A DNA stretch of 32,000 nucleotides from Candidatus Electronema aureum (GCA_004284765.1 NQJD01000022.1:8020-40019), one strand, 5' to 3'. Counted from the first letter of the stretch, positions 15,584 through 25,679 are shown. Program-made: numbers and translations. The notes: generated by a model not told the origin, from the sequence alone.

Positions 15584-15636
15584 ACTGGGTAACAGAGTTT
15601 TATACCTTGTTACCTAATAACTATCAGGCTAATATC

Positions 15637-16896
15637 ATGGCGATTTTGAAACAGACTGACCCGGATGTGCATCAATATATTCAGTACGAGCTGGAGCGGC
15701 AGGCAAACCAGCTGGAGCTGATCGCCTCGGAGAACATCGTCTCTCCGGCGGTGCTGGAGGCGCAGGGGTCTATTTTTACAAACAAATACGCGGAAGGCTA
15801 TCCCGGCAAGCGCTACTACGGCGGCTGCGACTACGCCGACAAGATCGAGACGCTGGCTATCGAGCGGGCGAAGGAGATTTTCGGGGCGGAGTATGTCAAT
15901 GTCCAGCCGCATTCGGGCAGCCAGGCCAACATGGCGGTGTATTTTTCCTGCCTCAATCCGGGCGACAAGGTCTTGGGCATGGACTTGGCCCACGGCGGCC
16001 ATCTCACGCACGGCGCGGCGGTCTCCTTCTCCGGCAAGCTCTTCAATTTCATGTCCTATGGTGTGAAGCGCGACACCGAAACCATCGACATGGCCGAGGT
16101 GGAGCGAATCGCCTTTGAGAACCGGCCCAAGCTGATCGTGGCCGGAGCCAGTGCCTATCCGCGCATCATTGATTTTGAGCATTTCCGCCATATTGCTGAT
16201 CAGATCGGCGCACTGTTTATGGTGGATATGGCCCACATCGCCGGATTAGTTGCTGCGGGCGTGCATCCCTCGCCGGTGCCCTATGCCGATTTTGTCACCA
16301 CCACGACCCACAAAACCCTGCGCGGGCCGCGCGGCGGCTTGATTCTGGCAAAGAAGAAATATGCCAAGGCGTTAGATTCCAACATATTCCCCGGCATTCA
16401 GGGCGGGCCGCTGGTGCATGTGATCGCGGCCAAAGCGGTCAGCTTCAAGGAGGCGATGACTGAGGAATATCGTCAGTATCAGCGGCAGGTCGTGACCAAC
16501 GCCCAGACGCTGGCCGTGCAGCTCAAAGGCCACAGCTTCCGCATCGTCTCCGGCGGCACGGACAACCATCTCATGCTGATTGATCTGAGCAGCAAGAGGC
16601 TGACCGGCAAGGAGGCCGAGCATCTGCTGGAAGAGGCGGGCCTGACCGTGAACAAGAACGCCATTCCCTTTGACACCCAGCCGCGCTTTGTCACCAGCGG
16701 CATCCGCATCGGCACGCCTTCCGTGACCACCAGAGGGCTGAAAGAGCCGGAGATGGTCAAAATCGCTGATTGGATCAACCGGGTGCTGACTACTAGAACT
16801 CCGGCGGTCATTGCCCAAGTACGGCAGGAAGTGCGGGAACTCTGCGAGGCATTGCCGCTTTATCCTGAGATGGCGCGGGATGAGGAGTTCGCATGA
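15637..16896 (+). CDS. glyA: Serine hydroxymethyltransferase
   Basis: PLP-lysine motif [13 protein letters not shown]. Start taken at ATG 15637 ([11 protein letters not shown]...). The track TTG at 15607 is an extension. Confidence 0.95.
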   Translation: MAILKQTDPDVHQYIQYELERQANQLELIASENIVSPAVLEAQGSIFTNKYAEGYPGKRYYGGCDYADKIETLAIERAKEIFGAEYVNVQPHSGSQANMAVYFSCLNPGDKVLGMDLAHGGHLTHGAAVSFSGKLFNFMSYGVKRDTETIDMAEVERIAFENRPKLIVAGASAYPRIIDFEHFRHIADQIGALFMVDMAHIAGLVAAGVHPSPVPYADFVTTTTHKTLRGPRGGLILAKKKYAKALDSNIFPGIQGGPLVHVIAAKAVSFKEAMTEEYRQYQRQVVTNAQTLAVQLKGHSFRIVSGGTDNHLMLIDLSSKRLTGKEAEHLLEEAGLTVNKNAIPFDTQPRFVTSGIRIGTPSVTTRGLKEPEMVKIADWINRVLTTRTPAVIAQVRQEVRELCEALPLYPEMARDEEFA

Positions 16897-17366
16897 CTCC
16901 CATCGGTTTCATCTATAGCCCGTTCAGCAGCTTGGAAGGAATGCCCATCCAGCCGACCGGCGCAGCCGGAGTGCGCGGCAGGGTGGAAATCCTGCCTGAA
17001 TACCGGGCGGGCTTGAAGGATATCGAGGGCTTCTCGCATCTAATTCTGCTTTATCTCTTTCACCGCAGCAGCGGCTTTCAGCTAGAAGTGGTGCCGTTCT
17101 TGGACAGCCAGCCACGCGGCCTTTTTGCCACCCGCGCCCCTAAACGACCGAATCCCATCGGCCTATCCATCGTCCGCTTGGATTCAGTGGAAAATGGTGT
17201 GCTGAATGTGCAGGATGTTGACATCTTGGACGGCACGCCGCTTTTGGACATCAAACCCTATGTGCCGGTGTTCGACCGCCGCGAAGGAGTACGGGCGGGT
17301 TGGCTGGAATCGACAGGCAACGCGGTTGCGGCGCATAAATCCGATGCCCGTTTTGCTGCGCCATGA
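16893..17366 (+). CDS. trmO: TsaA/YaeB-like domain protein (tRNA m6t6A37 methyltransferase TrmO family)
   Basis: 157 aa. [46 protein letters not shown] overlaps on both sides. Confidence 0.8.
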   Translation: MTPIGFIYSPFSSLEGMPIQPTGAAGVRGRVEILPEYRAGLKDIEGFSHLILLYLFHRSSGFQLEVVPFLDSQPRGLFATRAPKRPNPIGLSIVRLDSVENGVLNVQDVDILDGTPLLDIKPYVPVFDRREGVRAGWLESTGNAVAAHKSDARFAAP

Positions 17367-17830
17367 AATGCCCCTACTGCGGCAACTTGGACAACCGGGT
17401 GATTGATTCCCGCCTGAGCCGCGACAAGACCATCACCCGGCGGCGGCGGCATTGCGCCTCCTGCGAGCAGCGTTTCACCACCTATGAGCGGATTGAAATG
17501 ACCCTGCCCATGCTGGTAAAGAAGGATGGTCGCCGCGAGCCGTGGGATCGGGGCAAAATGCTGCTTGGCCTCGAAAAAGCCTGCGAAAAGCTGCCAGTGA
17601 GTATAGAGCAGTTAGACAGCTTGGTCGATGGCATCGAGCGCAGGCTCCAAGATGTGGGTGGTAAGGAAATTTCCACCTCGCAGCTTGGTGAATGGGTGAT
17701 GGAAGCCTTGCCAGAGATTGACGTGGTTGCCTATGTCCGCTTTGCCTCGGTATATCGACAGTTCAAGGATGTGAATGAATTCATGGACGAACTCAAGCAT
17801 TTCCTCGGTAAAGAAAAAAAGCATGATTGA
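17363..17830 (+). CDS. nrdR: Transcriptional repressor NrdR
   Basis: [17 protein letters not shown]...RRRRHCASCEQRFTTYE zinc ribbon plus ATP-cone. Confidence 0.95.
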   Translation: MKCPYCGNLDNRVIDSRLSRDKTITRRRRHCASCEQRFTTYERIEMTLPMLVKKDGRREPWDRGKMLLGLEKACEKLPVSIEQLDSLVDGIERRLQDVGGKEISTSQLGEWVMEALPEIDVVAYVRFASVYRQFKDVNEFMDELKHFLGKEKKHD

Positions 17831-18914
17831 GGCTGATCTGCATTTCATGCGCTTGGCATTAGACTTGGCCAAAAAAGGGCTGGGGCGGACTGCGCCCAAT
17901 CCCTGCGTCGGTGCTGTGCTTGTTCGAGATGGAAACATCATCGGCAGCGGCTATCACCGCAACGCCGGAACCCCTCATGCAGAAGTGAATGCCATCGCCG
18001 ATGCCGGGGGAACTTCAGCCTGTTTTGGTGCAACGCTCTACGTCACCTTGGAACCGTGTAACCACACCGGCAGAACCCCGCCGTGCAGTCAAGCCGTTTT
18101 AGCTGCTGGAATTCGGCGGGTGGTTATCGGCATGGCCGATCCCAATCCAGTGGCAGCTGGTGGAGCTGATTTCCTCCGCAACCAAGGGGTTATCGTCGAA
18201 ATAGGGGTGTTAGAACAAGAATGCCACCAGCTCAATCGCCCTTTCATCAAGCATTCAACTACCGGTCTGCCTTGGGTGGTACTCAAGGCAGGCATGAGCT
18301 TAGACGGCAAAATCAGCCGAGTGCGCGGTCAAGGCGGGCCGATCACCGGGCCGGAGTCGCAGCAGCGGGTGCATGAGCTACGCGATCAGCTTGATGCCAT
18401 TTTGATCGGCATTGGCACAGCTCTGATCGACAATCCAGCTCTTACCTGTCGTTTGGATAATGGCCGAGACCCGCTGCGGTTGATCTTAGACCGCCAGCTT
18501 CGTCTGCCACCGGACGCGAAGATGCTGCACCAGCAATCTGACGCAGCAACGTGGATATTCTGCGAAAACGAAGCATCAGTGGAAAAACAGAAGCTCCTTG
18601 AGCAGGCTGGGGCAATAATTCATCGGATTGCTGTTGATCACAACGGACAGCTTGACCTGAAGCAAGTTTTGCAACGAATTTGCAGTGCTGGCCTCACTTC
18701 AGTGTTGGTAGAAGGTGGTGCAACAGTACATGGAGCTTTTCTGCGGGCTGGGCTGGCAGATGAGATGCAGCTCTTCCTTGCCCCTTATTTCATCGGCGAT
18801 ACTGGAACACCGTTGCTGACAGGCAGCGTGCCTCTTAATCTGAAGCTCATGGAAATGACTACCGAGAAGCTGGGGGAGGATGTACTCCTGCGGGGCTTGC
18901 TGCGAACAGACTGA
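17823..18914 (+). CDS. ribD: Bifunctional riboflavin biosynthesis deaminase/reductase RibD
   Basis: HAEVNAI...PCNHTGRTPPC zinc-deaminase motif plus a C-terminal reductase domain. Start taken at ATG 17823 (MIEADLHFM...), which overlaps the nrdR stop. Confidence 0.9.
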   Translation: MIEADLHFMRLALDLAKKGLGRTAPNPCVGAVLVRDGNIIGSGYHRNAGTPHAEVNAIADAGGTSACFGATLYVTLEPCNHTGRTPPCSQAVLAAGIRRVVIGMADPNPVAAGGADFLRNQGVIVEIGVLEQECHQLNRPFIKHSTTGLPWVVLKAGMSLDGKISRVRGQGGPITGPESQQRVHELRDQLDAILIGIGTALIDNPALTCRLDNGRDPLRLILDRQLRLPPDAKMLHQQSDAATWIFCENEASVEKQKLLEQAGAIIHRIAVDHNGQLDLKQVLQRICSAGLTSVLVEGGATVHGAFLRAGLADEMQLFLAPYFIGDTGTPLLTGSVPLNLKLMEMTTEKLGEDVLLRGLLRTD

Positions 18915-18923
18915 AAACTCTAT

Positions 18924-19994
18924 TTATTCATGTTTTATGCTGAATTTTCGCAGAAAAACATCCTGATAAATCTGTAGCAATCGATTTCCTTTGCCCTGCT
19001 CATGCCGTCTCCGCATGATCGATTCCACCACCGCCGTCTCCGCTTGTCGGAGAACAGTAGCAAATTCCGCTGTGTTCAGGCGGTCATAGCGAGCGATCTC
19101 CTGCCGTTTATTTCGCATTCTACTGAAACCCCGCAATGCTTCTCCCAAGCCTTGACAATAGGCCCAGAAATGCCTTTTCTTAATCGTGAACAGGAACCAG
19201 CAGAACTGATAAATCGCAATCACCGGTAGAAAGCGAAGGAACAAGGGAAAAGAATAATGCTTTATCAGTACGTAGAAAGAATTGCGGGTCGAAAGTCGGA
19301 TAGTGAAGGGATTGAATTTCGAGCCGCTGCTGGCACTGCCGATGTGATAGACCTTGGCGGCTGGGACATAATAGCCTTTGTATCTGGCGCGGTTCAAGCG
19401 CAGATTGAGGTCAACATCTTCAAGATAAGCGAAAAAATCCTCGTCAAACAGGCCAATGCGGTCAAAGAGGCCGCGCCGATACAACACCGCGCCCGCGCAG
19501 GTTCCGAAGACCTGCCTCGGATGGTTATAGATTTCGCTGTCTTTCTCCATCGTGCCGATTCGGTATCCGGCTCCGCCGCGCAAATAGCCATCTCCTGCGC
19601 CGTCCAGCACGGTGCGGTTATGGAAACTGAGCATTTTGGGGGCGAAAAACTCATATTCCGGCAGTTCTTCCGCCGCGTTCAGCAACAGATGCAGGCAGTC
19701 AGGCGGCAGCTCGGTGTCATTGTTGAGCAGAAAAACATAAGGCACATTGCTGCTCAAGATACCCGCGTTGACCGCCGCGCTGAAACCCCGATTTTCCGGC
19801 AAAACGATAACATGCACTTGCGGATAGGCTTTTCGCAAATATTCCACTGAGCCATCGCTGGAGCCGTTATCCACCACGGTGATTTGCCAAGAATCAAACT
19901 GCTGCTGTTCGATGGAGGACAAACAGTTAGAAAGGAAACGCAGTCCGTTCCAATTAGGGATGACGATATTGACTGCCGTTTGGTCGCCGCTCAC
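18924..19994 (-). CDS. Glycosyltransferase family 2
   Basis: 356 aa. IVIPNWNGLRFLSNCLSSIEQQ...VVDNGSSDGS, NNDTE. The start overlaps the stop of the upstream GT2. Confidence 0.85.
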   Translation of the reverse strand: MSGDQTAVNIVIPNWNGLRFLSNCLSSIEQQQFDSWQITVVDNGSSDGSVEYLRKAYPQVHVIVLPENRGFSAAVNAGILSSNVPYVFLLNNDTELPPDCLHLLLNAAEELPEYEFFAPKMLSFHNRTVLDGAGDGYLRGGAGYRIGTMEKDSEIYNHPRQVFGTCAGAVLYRRGLFDRIGLFDEDFFAYLEDVDLNLRLNRARYKGYYVPAAKVYHIGSASSGSKFNPFTIRLSTRNSFYVLIKHYSFPLFLRFLPVIAIYQFCWFLFTIKKRHFWAYCQGLGEALRGFSRMRNKRQEIARYDRLNTAEFATVLRQAETAVVESIMRRRHEQGKGNRLLQIYQDVFLRKFSIKHE

Positions 19995-20947
19995 GCCTCT
20001 TCCCGCTTTCCGCCCAGCACCTTGCGCACCACATAGATCGGCTTACCCTGTGATTCATGGTAAGTTCGCACCTGAAGTTCGCCCAGCAAGCCGATGGAAA
20101 TGAACTGAATGCCCATGAAGAGCAGTAATACCGCCAGCAGAAGCAGGGGGCGGTCGGACAGCGGCATCCCAAAAAACGTCCGCTGGATGGTCATCAGCAG
20201 GGCCAAGGCAAAGCCAAGACCGCCGCTGAACATGCCCAGCATTCCGAAAACATGGATGGGGCGGGTGGCGTAGCTGAGGAGGAATTTGACCGTCATTAGG
20301 TCAAGTACCACGCGCAGCGTCCGGGAAATGCCGTACTTGGAGGTGCCAAAACGTCGGGGCCGGTGATTGGCCTTGATTTCGGTGATCCTGCCGCCTACGC
20401 CGCTGGCAATAGCCGGAATAAAGCGGTGCATCTCACCGTACAGATGAATGCCTTGAGTAATCTCTTTCCTGAATGTTTTCAGGGTACAACCGTAGTCGTG
20501 CAGATGCACACCAGTGACGGTGGAGATGATTTTATTCGCGATCATTGAGGGCAGGCGGCGGTTGAGAAACGGGTCTTGCCGCTTGTAGCGCCAGCCACTA
20601 ACTAACTCATAACCTTCCTTCATTTTTGCCAGAAACATGGGTAGATCATGCGGATCGTTCTGCATGTCGCCGTCCATAGTCGCAATCACATCGCCGCTGG
20701 CGTAGTCGAAGCCTGCGGACATAGCGGCGGTCTGGCCAAAATTGCGCCGGAAGGAAACCACTACCACCTTACTGTCTTTTTGCTGAATCTTCTCCAGTAG
20801 CTCTAAGCTGGTGTCGCTGGAACCGTCATCCACAAAGACAATTTCGTGGTCGTGTTCAAGACTGTTCAGTACAGCTTTCAGCTCTTCGTAGAGCGGATTG
20901 ATGTTTTCTTCTTCGTTGTAGATGGGAATGACGACAGAGAGTTTCAT
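19991..20947 (-). CDS. GT2 polyprenyl-phosphate glycosyltransferase (ArnC/GtrB/DPM1-like)
   Basis: 318 aa. VVIPIYNEEENI, MDGDMQNDP (DxD). Two hydrophobic C-terminal helices are typical of Und-P-sugar synthases. Confidence 0.85.
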   Translation of the reverse strand: MKLSVVIPIYNEEENINPLYEELKAVLNSLEHDHEIVFVDDGSSDTSLELLEKIQQKDSKVVVVSFRRNFGQTAAMSAGFDYASGDVIATMDGDMQNDPHDLPMFLAKMKEGYELVSGWRYKRQDPFLNRRLPSMIANKIISTVTGVHLHDYGCTLKTFRKEITQGIHLYGEMHRFIPAIASGVGGRITEIKANHRPRRFGTSKYGISRTLRVVLDLMTVKFLLSYATRPIHVFGMLGMFSGGLGFALALLMTIQRTFFGMPLSDRPLLLLAVLLLFMGIQFISIGLLGELQVRTYHESQGKPIYVVRKVLGGKREEA

Positions 20948-21058
20948 TGTTTTGATTTTTATTATAGTTAGACTGGTATCGAGTAGGGTTGTTCTTTAAT
21001 GACGAGAATAGGAGTGGTTCAAGCTGTTTTCTATGAGCGAAGCTCATGGGAAAGATTT

Positions 21059-22513
21059 TCAAGAATGAAGCAAAGGCATCTTTCTGCTTGAAAAAATATT
21101 TTTATGGTAAGAAAAAATGCGATGAATCAGCAATGGAAGTGCTATAATTCCGCAATATACAGTTGGAATGCTAAACCTGAAATCAGAAGAAGTGCTTATT
21201 ATAATATAAGGGAACCAATAAATTAATCCTATAGAAAGTATCAACACGATTCTTCTATAGCTGTCTCCGAGATATGCTTTATATGAAATTGCAGCAACAA
21301 GCTGTAGTATAATTAAAACTATATAAACCCAAACTCTATATAAATAAGTTTTCATTAAAAACCAATAGGCAACGTAAAATGATTTTTCCATTGCAATTTT
21401 ATGACGCATTTCAAGGTGCTTAGAAGGTTCATAAAGTACATCTTGTTTATCAGATGGTTTGTAAATATTAAATTCAAACGCAACAATCGCAGGAACATGC
21501 GGCACAGGCCACTTTATTCCAAGCATGTACAAGACAAGCCTGCTTCTCACCTTTAAATAAGCTGCCGGATATTTCAAGATTAACCTAATGAAATCTTTTT
21601 TGAAAATTTTATCTGGAAATTTATCCGCATTGTCCGTACACCTGTACGGATTAATGTGTGGCAGATATATGATACTACAAGTGTAAGGTTCGTAAAGCCT
21701 TTTTAATTGTTCAATGGTTAGTAACCTTCCAGTATCACTGAATACATATTCAGGAATAATATTTTTATTAAGCTCTACAGACATTCCCCATAAATCCCAT
21801 ATAAATGTAGCATTTTCCATATGATGGACTACATTTTCTTTTTTTACAATACCATGAATAAGAAAGTTACTTAACTTAACTCCGCCATAAAAAAATATTG
21901 GAGTTAAAATTGTTATTAAAATTGTTTTTTTTGAGATACTGCTTTTAATTAAGATCGATAATATATATATAATATATGGAAGTAAACAAACTACAGAATT
22001 ATGCCTCACAGATATAGTGTATATAAAAAATAAAATAGACAGCAATAAAAATATTTTTTTTCTGTTTAATTCAAATTTAAAAAGTAAGGCAAAAGACATG
22101 GAAAGTGAAACAAACACTGATACATCCTTCCAAATAACACCAGTGATAAAAAATATTGGCGGAAAAAAACAAATAAAGCAAATAAAAATTACTCTATGAA
22201 TTACTCTATGGTAGAAAATTCTTGCTAATAGCCATATAGACAAATTCAATATTATATATTGAAATATAAGCATACCTTGAGGTCCATATGTAATTTTATT
22301 TAAAACGATCCACAAATAGACCATCGACGGTGGAAACCAGCTGCTGATCATTTCTGGATTAGTAACTTGATACCATTGATTAACAGAGTCGCCTGACATG
22401 GCACCAGGATAAAAGATATAGATTCCAAACAATGCTATTGTTATACTTAAAAATAAGTCGAAATAGCTATCAACGAATGATTTAAGGAAAACAGTACTAG
22501 TATACTTTTTCAT
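21059..22513 (-). CDS. Polytopic membrane protein, GT-C-like (putative Und-P-sugar-dependent glycosyltransferase or glycan-modifying enzyme)
   Basis: 484 aa from ATG 22513, which has AGGAGA 6 nt upstream. More than 10 hydrophobic segments. An early loop reads YPGAMSGDSVNQWY. Extremely AT-rich: 15/60 G+C in line 21961-22020. The functional call is inference. Confidence 0.7.
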   Translation of the reverse strand: MKKYTSTVFLKSFVDSYFDLFLSITIALFGIYIFYPGAMSGDSVNQWYQVTNPEMISSWFPPSMVYLWIVLNKITYGPQGMLIFQYIILNLSIWLLARIFYHRVIHRVIFICFICFFPPIFFITGVIWKDVSVFVSLSMSFALLFKFELNRKKIFLLLSILFFIYTISVRHNSVVCLLPYIIYILSILIKSSISKKTILITILTPIFFYGGVKLSNFLIHGIVKKENVVHHMENATFIWDLWGMSVELNKNIIPEYVFSDTGRLLTIEQLKRLYEPYTCSIIYLPHINPYRCTDNADKFPDKIFKKDFIRLILKYPAAYLKVRSRLVLYMLGIKWPVPHVPAIVAFEFNIYKPSDKQDVLYEPSKHLEMRHKIAMEKSFYVAYWFLMKTYLYRVWVYIVLIILQLVAAISYKAYLGDSYRRIVLILSIGLIYWFPYIIISTSSDFRFSIPTVYCGIIALPLLIHRIFSYHKNIFSSRKMPLLHS

Positions 22514-22644
22514 TTGATATCTCCTGATGTATGTATTCAATCAGCAAAATAACTATATTGAATAAAGATGCCTTTTACATATCTGTAGGCGTACACTGTT
22601 CAATATTTTCCTTACTCATTATACATAAATTTAATTTTTCTTTG

Positions 22645-24699
22645 CTAATACAAAAACACATCCGGCCAGTTATCATTGCCGGTATGGAAGCTCAGGCGCG
22701 CCGTATTGCTCATAGAAGAACCAATCGGCCAGAGGAAAATTTCATAATCTGCCGTGTCATGCTCATGCCCACCGGTGCTGGCTCCATAGACCAACAAATC
22801 GCCAGTGTTGGCGATTTTAGGAAAATATTCATGACTGTACTCGCTCGGTGAATCGAACCAAAGCTGCCGCTCCAGCGTGTCAGGATTGATCTTGTAGAAA
22901 ACGTTCCCTTTTTCCCCATGCCCAACATGGTAGAGAAAAGAAGAATCCGGCGACCAGTTCAGCTCGCAGCCCTCGTTGACTTCGCGCACCGTCCTATCCG
23001 GCCCGATCAGATAGGTATAAACCGGACCGTTTTTCCGCATCGTCACCGCCAAACTCTGCCGGGCTTCACTCCACGCCGGAGTTTCTAAATACAGGGAAGC
23101 ATCAAGCGGCAAGCTCTTTCCTGTTTCAAATACCACAGTCTCCTTCCCGGTGGCAAGAACATATTCGACGAACTGGTTTGCCTGCCGCTGAAAATAGATT
23201 TTTTTGCCATCCGCCGACCATGTGGGCGTGTTGGCGTTTTTTGCCAGTAAGCGGCTCTTGCCGGTGGGCAAATCGAGCAGCCAAGCGTCCCAAGGATATT
23301 TGTTGCGCTGCGAAACCCACGGTTCCTGCGAGCGGGCAAAGACCACCTTGCTGCCGTCCGGCGAAATGCGGGGAAAATAGTCGGTATGCGGGTCAGAAGT
23401 CAGGCGGGTCAGCTTGCGTTCTGGCAGGGTGAGCATGACCAGATCATGCGTACCAAAACGGTTGCTACTCCAGATAACAAAACCGCGCAGCTTGGTCAAG
23501 ATCGGATTAGCGGCCAGCTCTGCCTCAGCAGTAGGAATAGGCTGGCCGGGCTTAGGCGGACGAAAGGCTCCCATCTTGCCCACGTTGCGGACTTGCAGGG
23601 CAAAGACAGCCAGCCCGGCGCAGAAGAGGCAGGCGGTTAACGGCAAGAGCCATTTTTTTCCCTGCGCCGTCGGAGCAATGCTGCTTCGGCGACCAAGCAA
23701 GATGATGAACAAAATTAAGGCAGCGATACCCAGTGCGTAATCAACAGCTTGGCTCCAGATATGCAGAGTCAGCATGACCAAAACCGAGGCGGTCTTGGCC
23801 GCGCCGAGGACGGTCAGGGCCAACGCGCCGCCTGCCTCGTAGGTACCGAAGCTCATGAAGGTCGGCACTGGCAGCGCGCTGCCAGCCTCGGCGCTGACCA
23901 ACGCGACAAGCACCGCAGCAATATCCCGCCTCAGCTCTGGGAAGGAGGAAAGTGCAACACCGAGAAAAAGCAGATAAAGGCCGAGATATTTGAATATCCG
24001 CACCGCCACAGACAAGGCCAGCACTTGAATCGCAATGCCTGCTTGGCGAGCCTGATTTAGCGAAGCGGCGGTATCTTCAGTGAGCTTGATGAACTTGCTT
24101 GCCCAGCGGTGAGAGTGAAAAGGAGCCAGCTTCGCGTTGAACCAGTGCAGCAGGGGAAAGAGGAAGAATAGGCCCGCCGCACTGACCACGATGATCATCA
24201 GAAAAACGCCGATCAGCCACGGTTGAAAATCAGCGGTCAGTAGCTGCACGCCCATAATGCCGAACAGCAGCAGAGCCAAGGCGATCAAATCGAAAACAAA
24301 GGAAATTGCCAGCGAAGACAAGCAGGCATCTGCACCGACTTTAAAGCCCCGATTGAGCATGGCAATGTAGCTCAATTCGCCCAAGCGGGCAGGCAGCATA
24401 TCGACAAACATATTGCGGCTCAAGGTGACGATGAAGAGTTGGCCTAAGCCTGGCATGTTGGCCTCGCCGCTGGAATGCTTCAAAATCAACCGGTAGCGGA
24501 GCGTGCGAAAGAACGCCTGACTGAGGCTGGTCAGCACGTACAAGCCGATACAGAGCGGCAGAGTGTTCGCAAGCAGAGAGAGCAACCTTGACCTCAGCGC
24601 AGGTTCTGCCGAGTCGCTGACTCCGCCTAACAGCAAGCCGAGCAGGAGCAGGGAGATGCCGAGGGAAAGAAGGATGTTGAGCAGGTATCGACGGTTCAT
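22645..24699 (-). CDS. UPF0104/MprF-flippase-like (LPG_synthase_TM) membrane domain fused to a TolB-like PD40 beta-propeller
   Basis: 684 aa. The N-terminal ~330 aa are multi-pass membrane, followed by an extra TM segment. PD40-type repeats follow: SPDGSKVVFARS, WSADGKKIYFQR, NWSPDSSFLYHVG. Confidence 0.8.
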   Translation of the reverse strand: MNRRYLLNILLSLGISLLLLGLLLGGVSDSAEPALRSRLLSLLANTLPLCIGLYVLTSLSQAFFRTLRYRLILKHSSGEANMPGLGQLFIVTLSRNMFVDMLPARLGELSYIAMLNRGFKVGADACLSSLAISFVFDLIALALLLFGIMGVQLLTADFQPWLIGVFLMIIVVSAAGLFFLFPLLHWFNAKLAPFHSHRWASKFIKLTEDTAASLNQARQAGIAIQVLALSVAVRIFKYLGLYLLFLGVALSSFPELRRDIAAVLVALVSAEAGSALPVPTFMSFGTYEAGGALALTVLGAAKTASVLVMLTLHIWSQAVDYALGIAALILFIILLGRRSSIAPTAQGKKWLLPLTACLFCAGLAVFALQVRNVGKMGAFRPPKPGQPIPTAEAELAANPILTKLRGFVIWSSNRFGTHDLVMLTLPERKLTRLTSDPHTDYFPRISPDGSKVVFARSQEPWVSQRNKYPWDAWLLDLPTGKSRLLAKNANTPTWSADGKKIYFQRQANQFVEYVLATGKETVVFETGKSLPLDASLYLETPAWSEARQSLAVTMRKNGPVYTYLIGPDRTVREVNEGCELNWSPDSSFLYHVGHGEKGNVFYKINPDTLERQLWFDSPSEYSHEYFPKIANTGDLLVYGASTGGHEHDTADYEIFLWPIGSSMSNTARLSFHTGNDNWPDVFLY

Positions 24700-25679
24700 T
24701 ATGTTGTGCGTTCCGGTTTTGATGCGGAGGAAAAGAATATTCGCCCCAGATACGCCATGCCGCCCAGCAAAGAATAGCTGACCGCAAGGCCAAAAAAAAG
24801 CAGAGATAGCGAGCGGGTTTGCAGCTCAGTCATGCCGGTCCAGCTAAAGAAAAAAACATAGCCGACATCACGCAGGCCCAAGCCAAAGATGGAAATAGGC
24901 ACCGCCTCAAGTAGGGTAATCAGCGGGACAAACGCACTAAAATAAAAGAAGGAAACCCGCGCATGGAGGGACAGAGCCAGCAGCCAGACGATGGTGATCA
25001 CCGAAAGTTGAAAGGCGAAAGAAATCGCCATGACCTTGACTAACAGCCTACGGTTGGCCCCGTAGCATTGGACAGAGAGGAAAAATTTCTCTGTCAGGCC
25101 AACGAGCAGCGGGAAGCGATCCAGTCGGGTTACGGTTAGGAAGAGCCGCACCGGTTTTTCTTTGATCAAGGCGACTAATACGGCCAATAGGATCAGCAGA
25201 ATTAGCAGCGGGCCGAGAAAAAAGAAGACGTTATTAAACTGTCGGGCAACCAGCACTGAGGAGAGCAGGCTGAGGATAACCAAAGCGATGAAGCCGGAAA
25301 AGCGGTCGGCAAAAACCGAGGCGGCGGAACGGACTCCGCAGCTGCTTTTTTTGGCAATATCATAAATTCGGTAAGAATCGCCGCCGATGTTGGAGGGCAG
25401 AAAAAGGTTGTAGAAGCTACCGATCAGGTAAGTGACGGTTAGGGTAGAGAGCGGAATATCTACGCCGTCAGCAAGAAGAAAAAGCCGCCATTTCAATGCA
25501 CTGGCGGCAGTGTTTAAAAAAAGTAGGGCAAGGATGGGAAGAACGTAGCGGAAGTCAATGGAAGCGAACAGACCGCGCAGGTCATTCATCGGAATTTTGC
25601 GATACAGCAGAAACATCAACGTGCAGCTAAATACTACTTTGCCGACAATAAACAGCCTTCTTTTACCTGTTCTGCTCAT
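24699..25679 (-). CDS. UPF0104/flippase-like (LPG_synthase_TM) membrane protein
   Basis: 326 aa, 8 or more hydrophobic helices. The NIGGDSYRIYDIAKK motif is typical of the family. Overlaps both neighbours. Confidence 0.75.
   Translation of the reverse strand: MSRTGKRRLFIVGKVVFSCTLMFLLYRKIPMNDLRGLFASIDFRYVLPILALLFLNTAASALKWRLFLLADGVDIPLSTLTVTYLIGSFYNLFLPSNIGGDSYRIYDIAKKSSCGVRSAASVFADRFSGFIALVILSLLSSVLVARQFNNVFFFLGPLLILLILLAVLVALIKEKPVRLFLTVTRLDRFPLLVGLTEKFFLSVQCYGANRRLLVKVMAISFAFQLSVITIVWLLALSLHARVSFFYFSAFVPLITLLEAVPISIFGLGLRDVGYVFFFSWTGMTELQTRSLSLLFFGLAVSYSLLGGMAYLGRIFFSSASKPERTT

Noticed and set aside
22531-22851. Plus-strand ORF 22531-22851 and other small ORFs overlapping the PD40 gene end (22710-22928, 23085-23740 series)
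   Set aside because: They overlap the well-supported 684-aa minus-strand gene and have no motifs or RBS.
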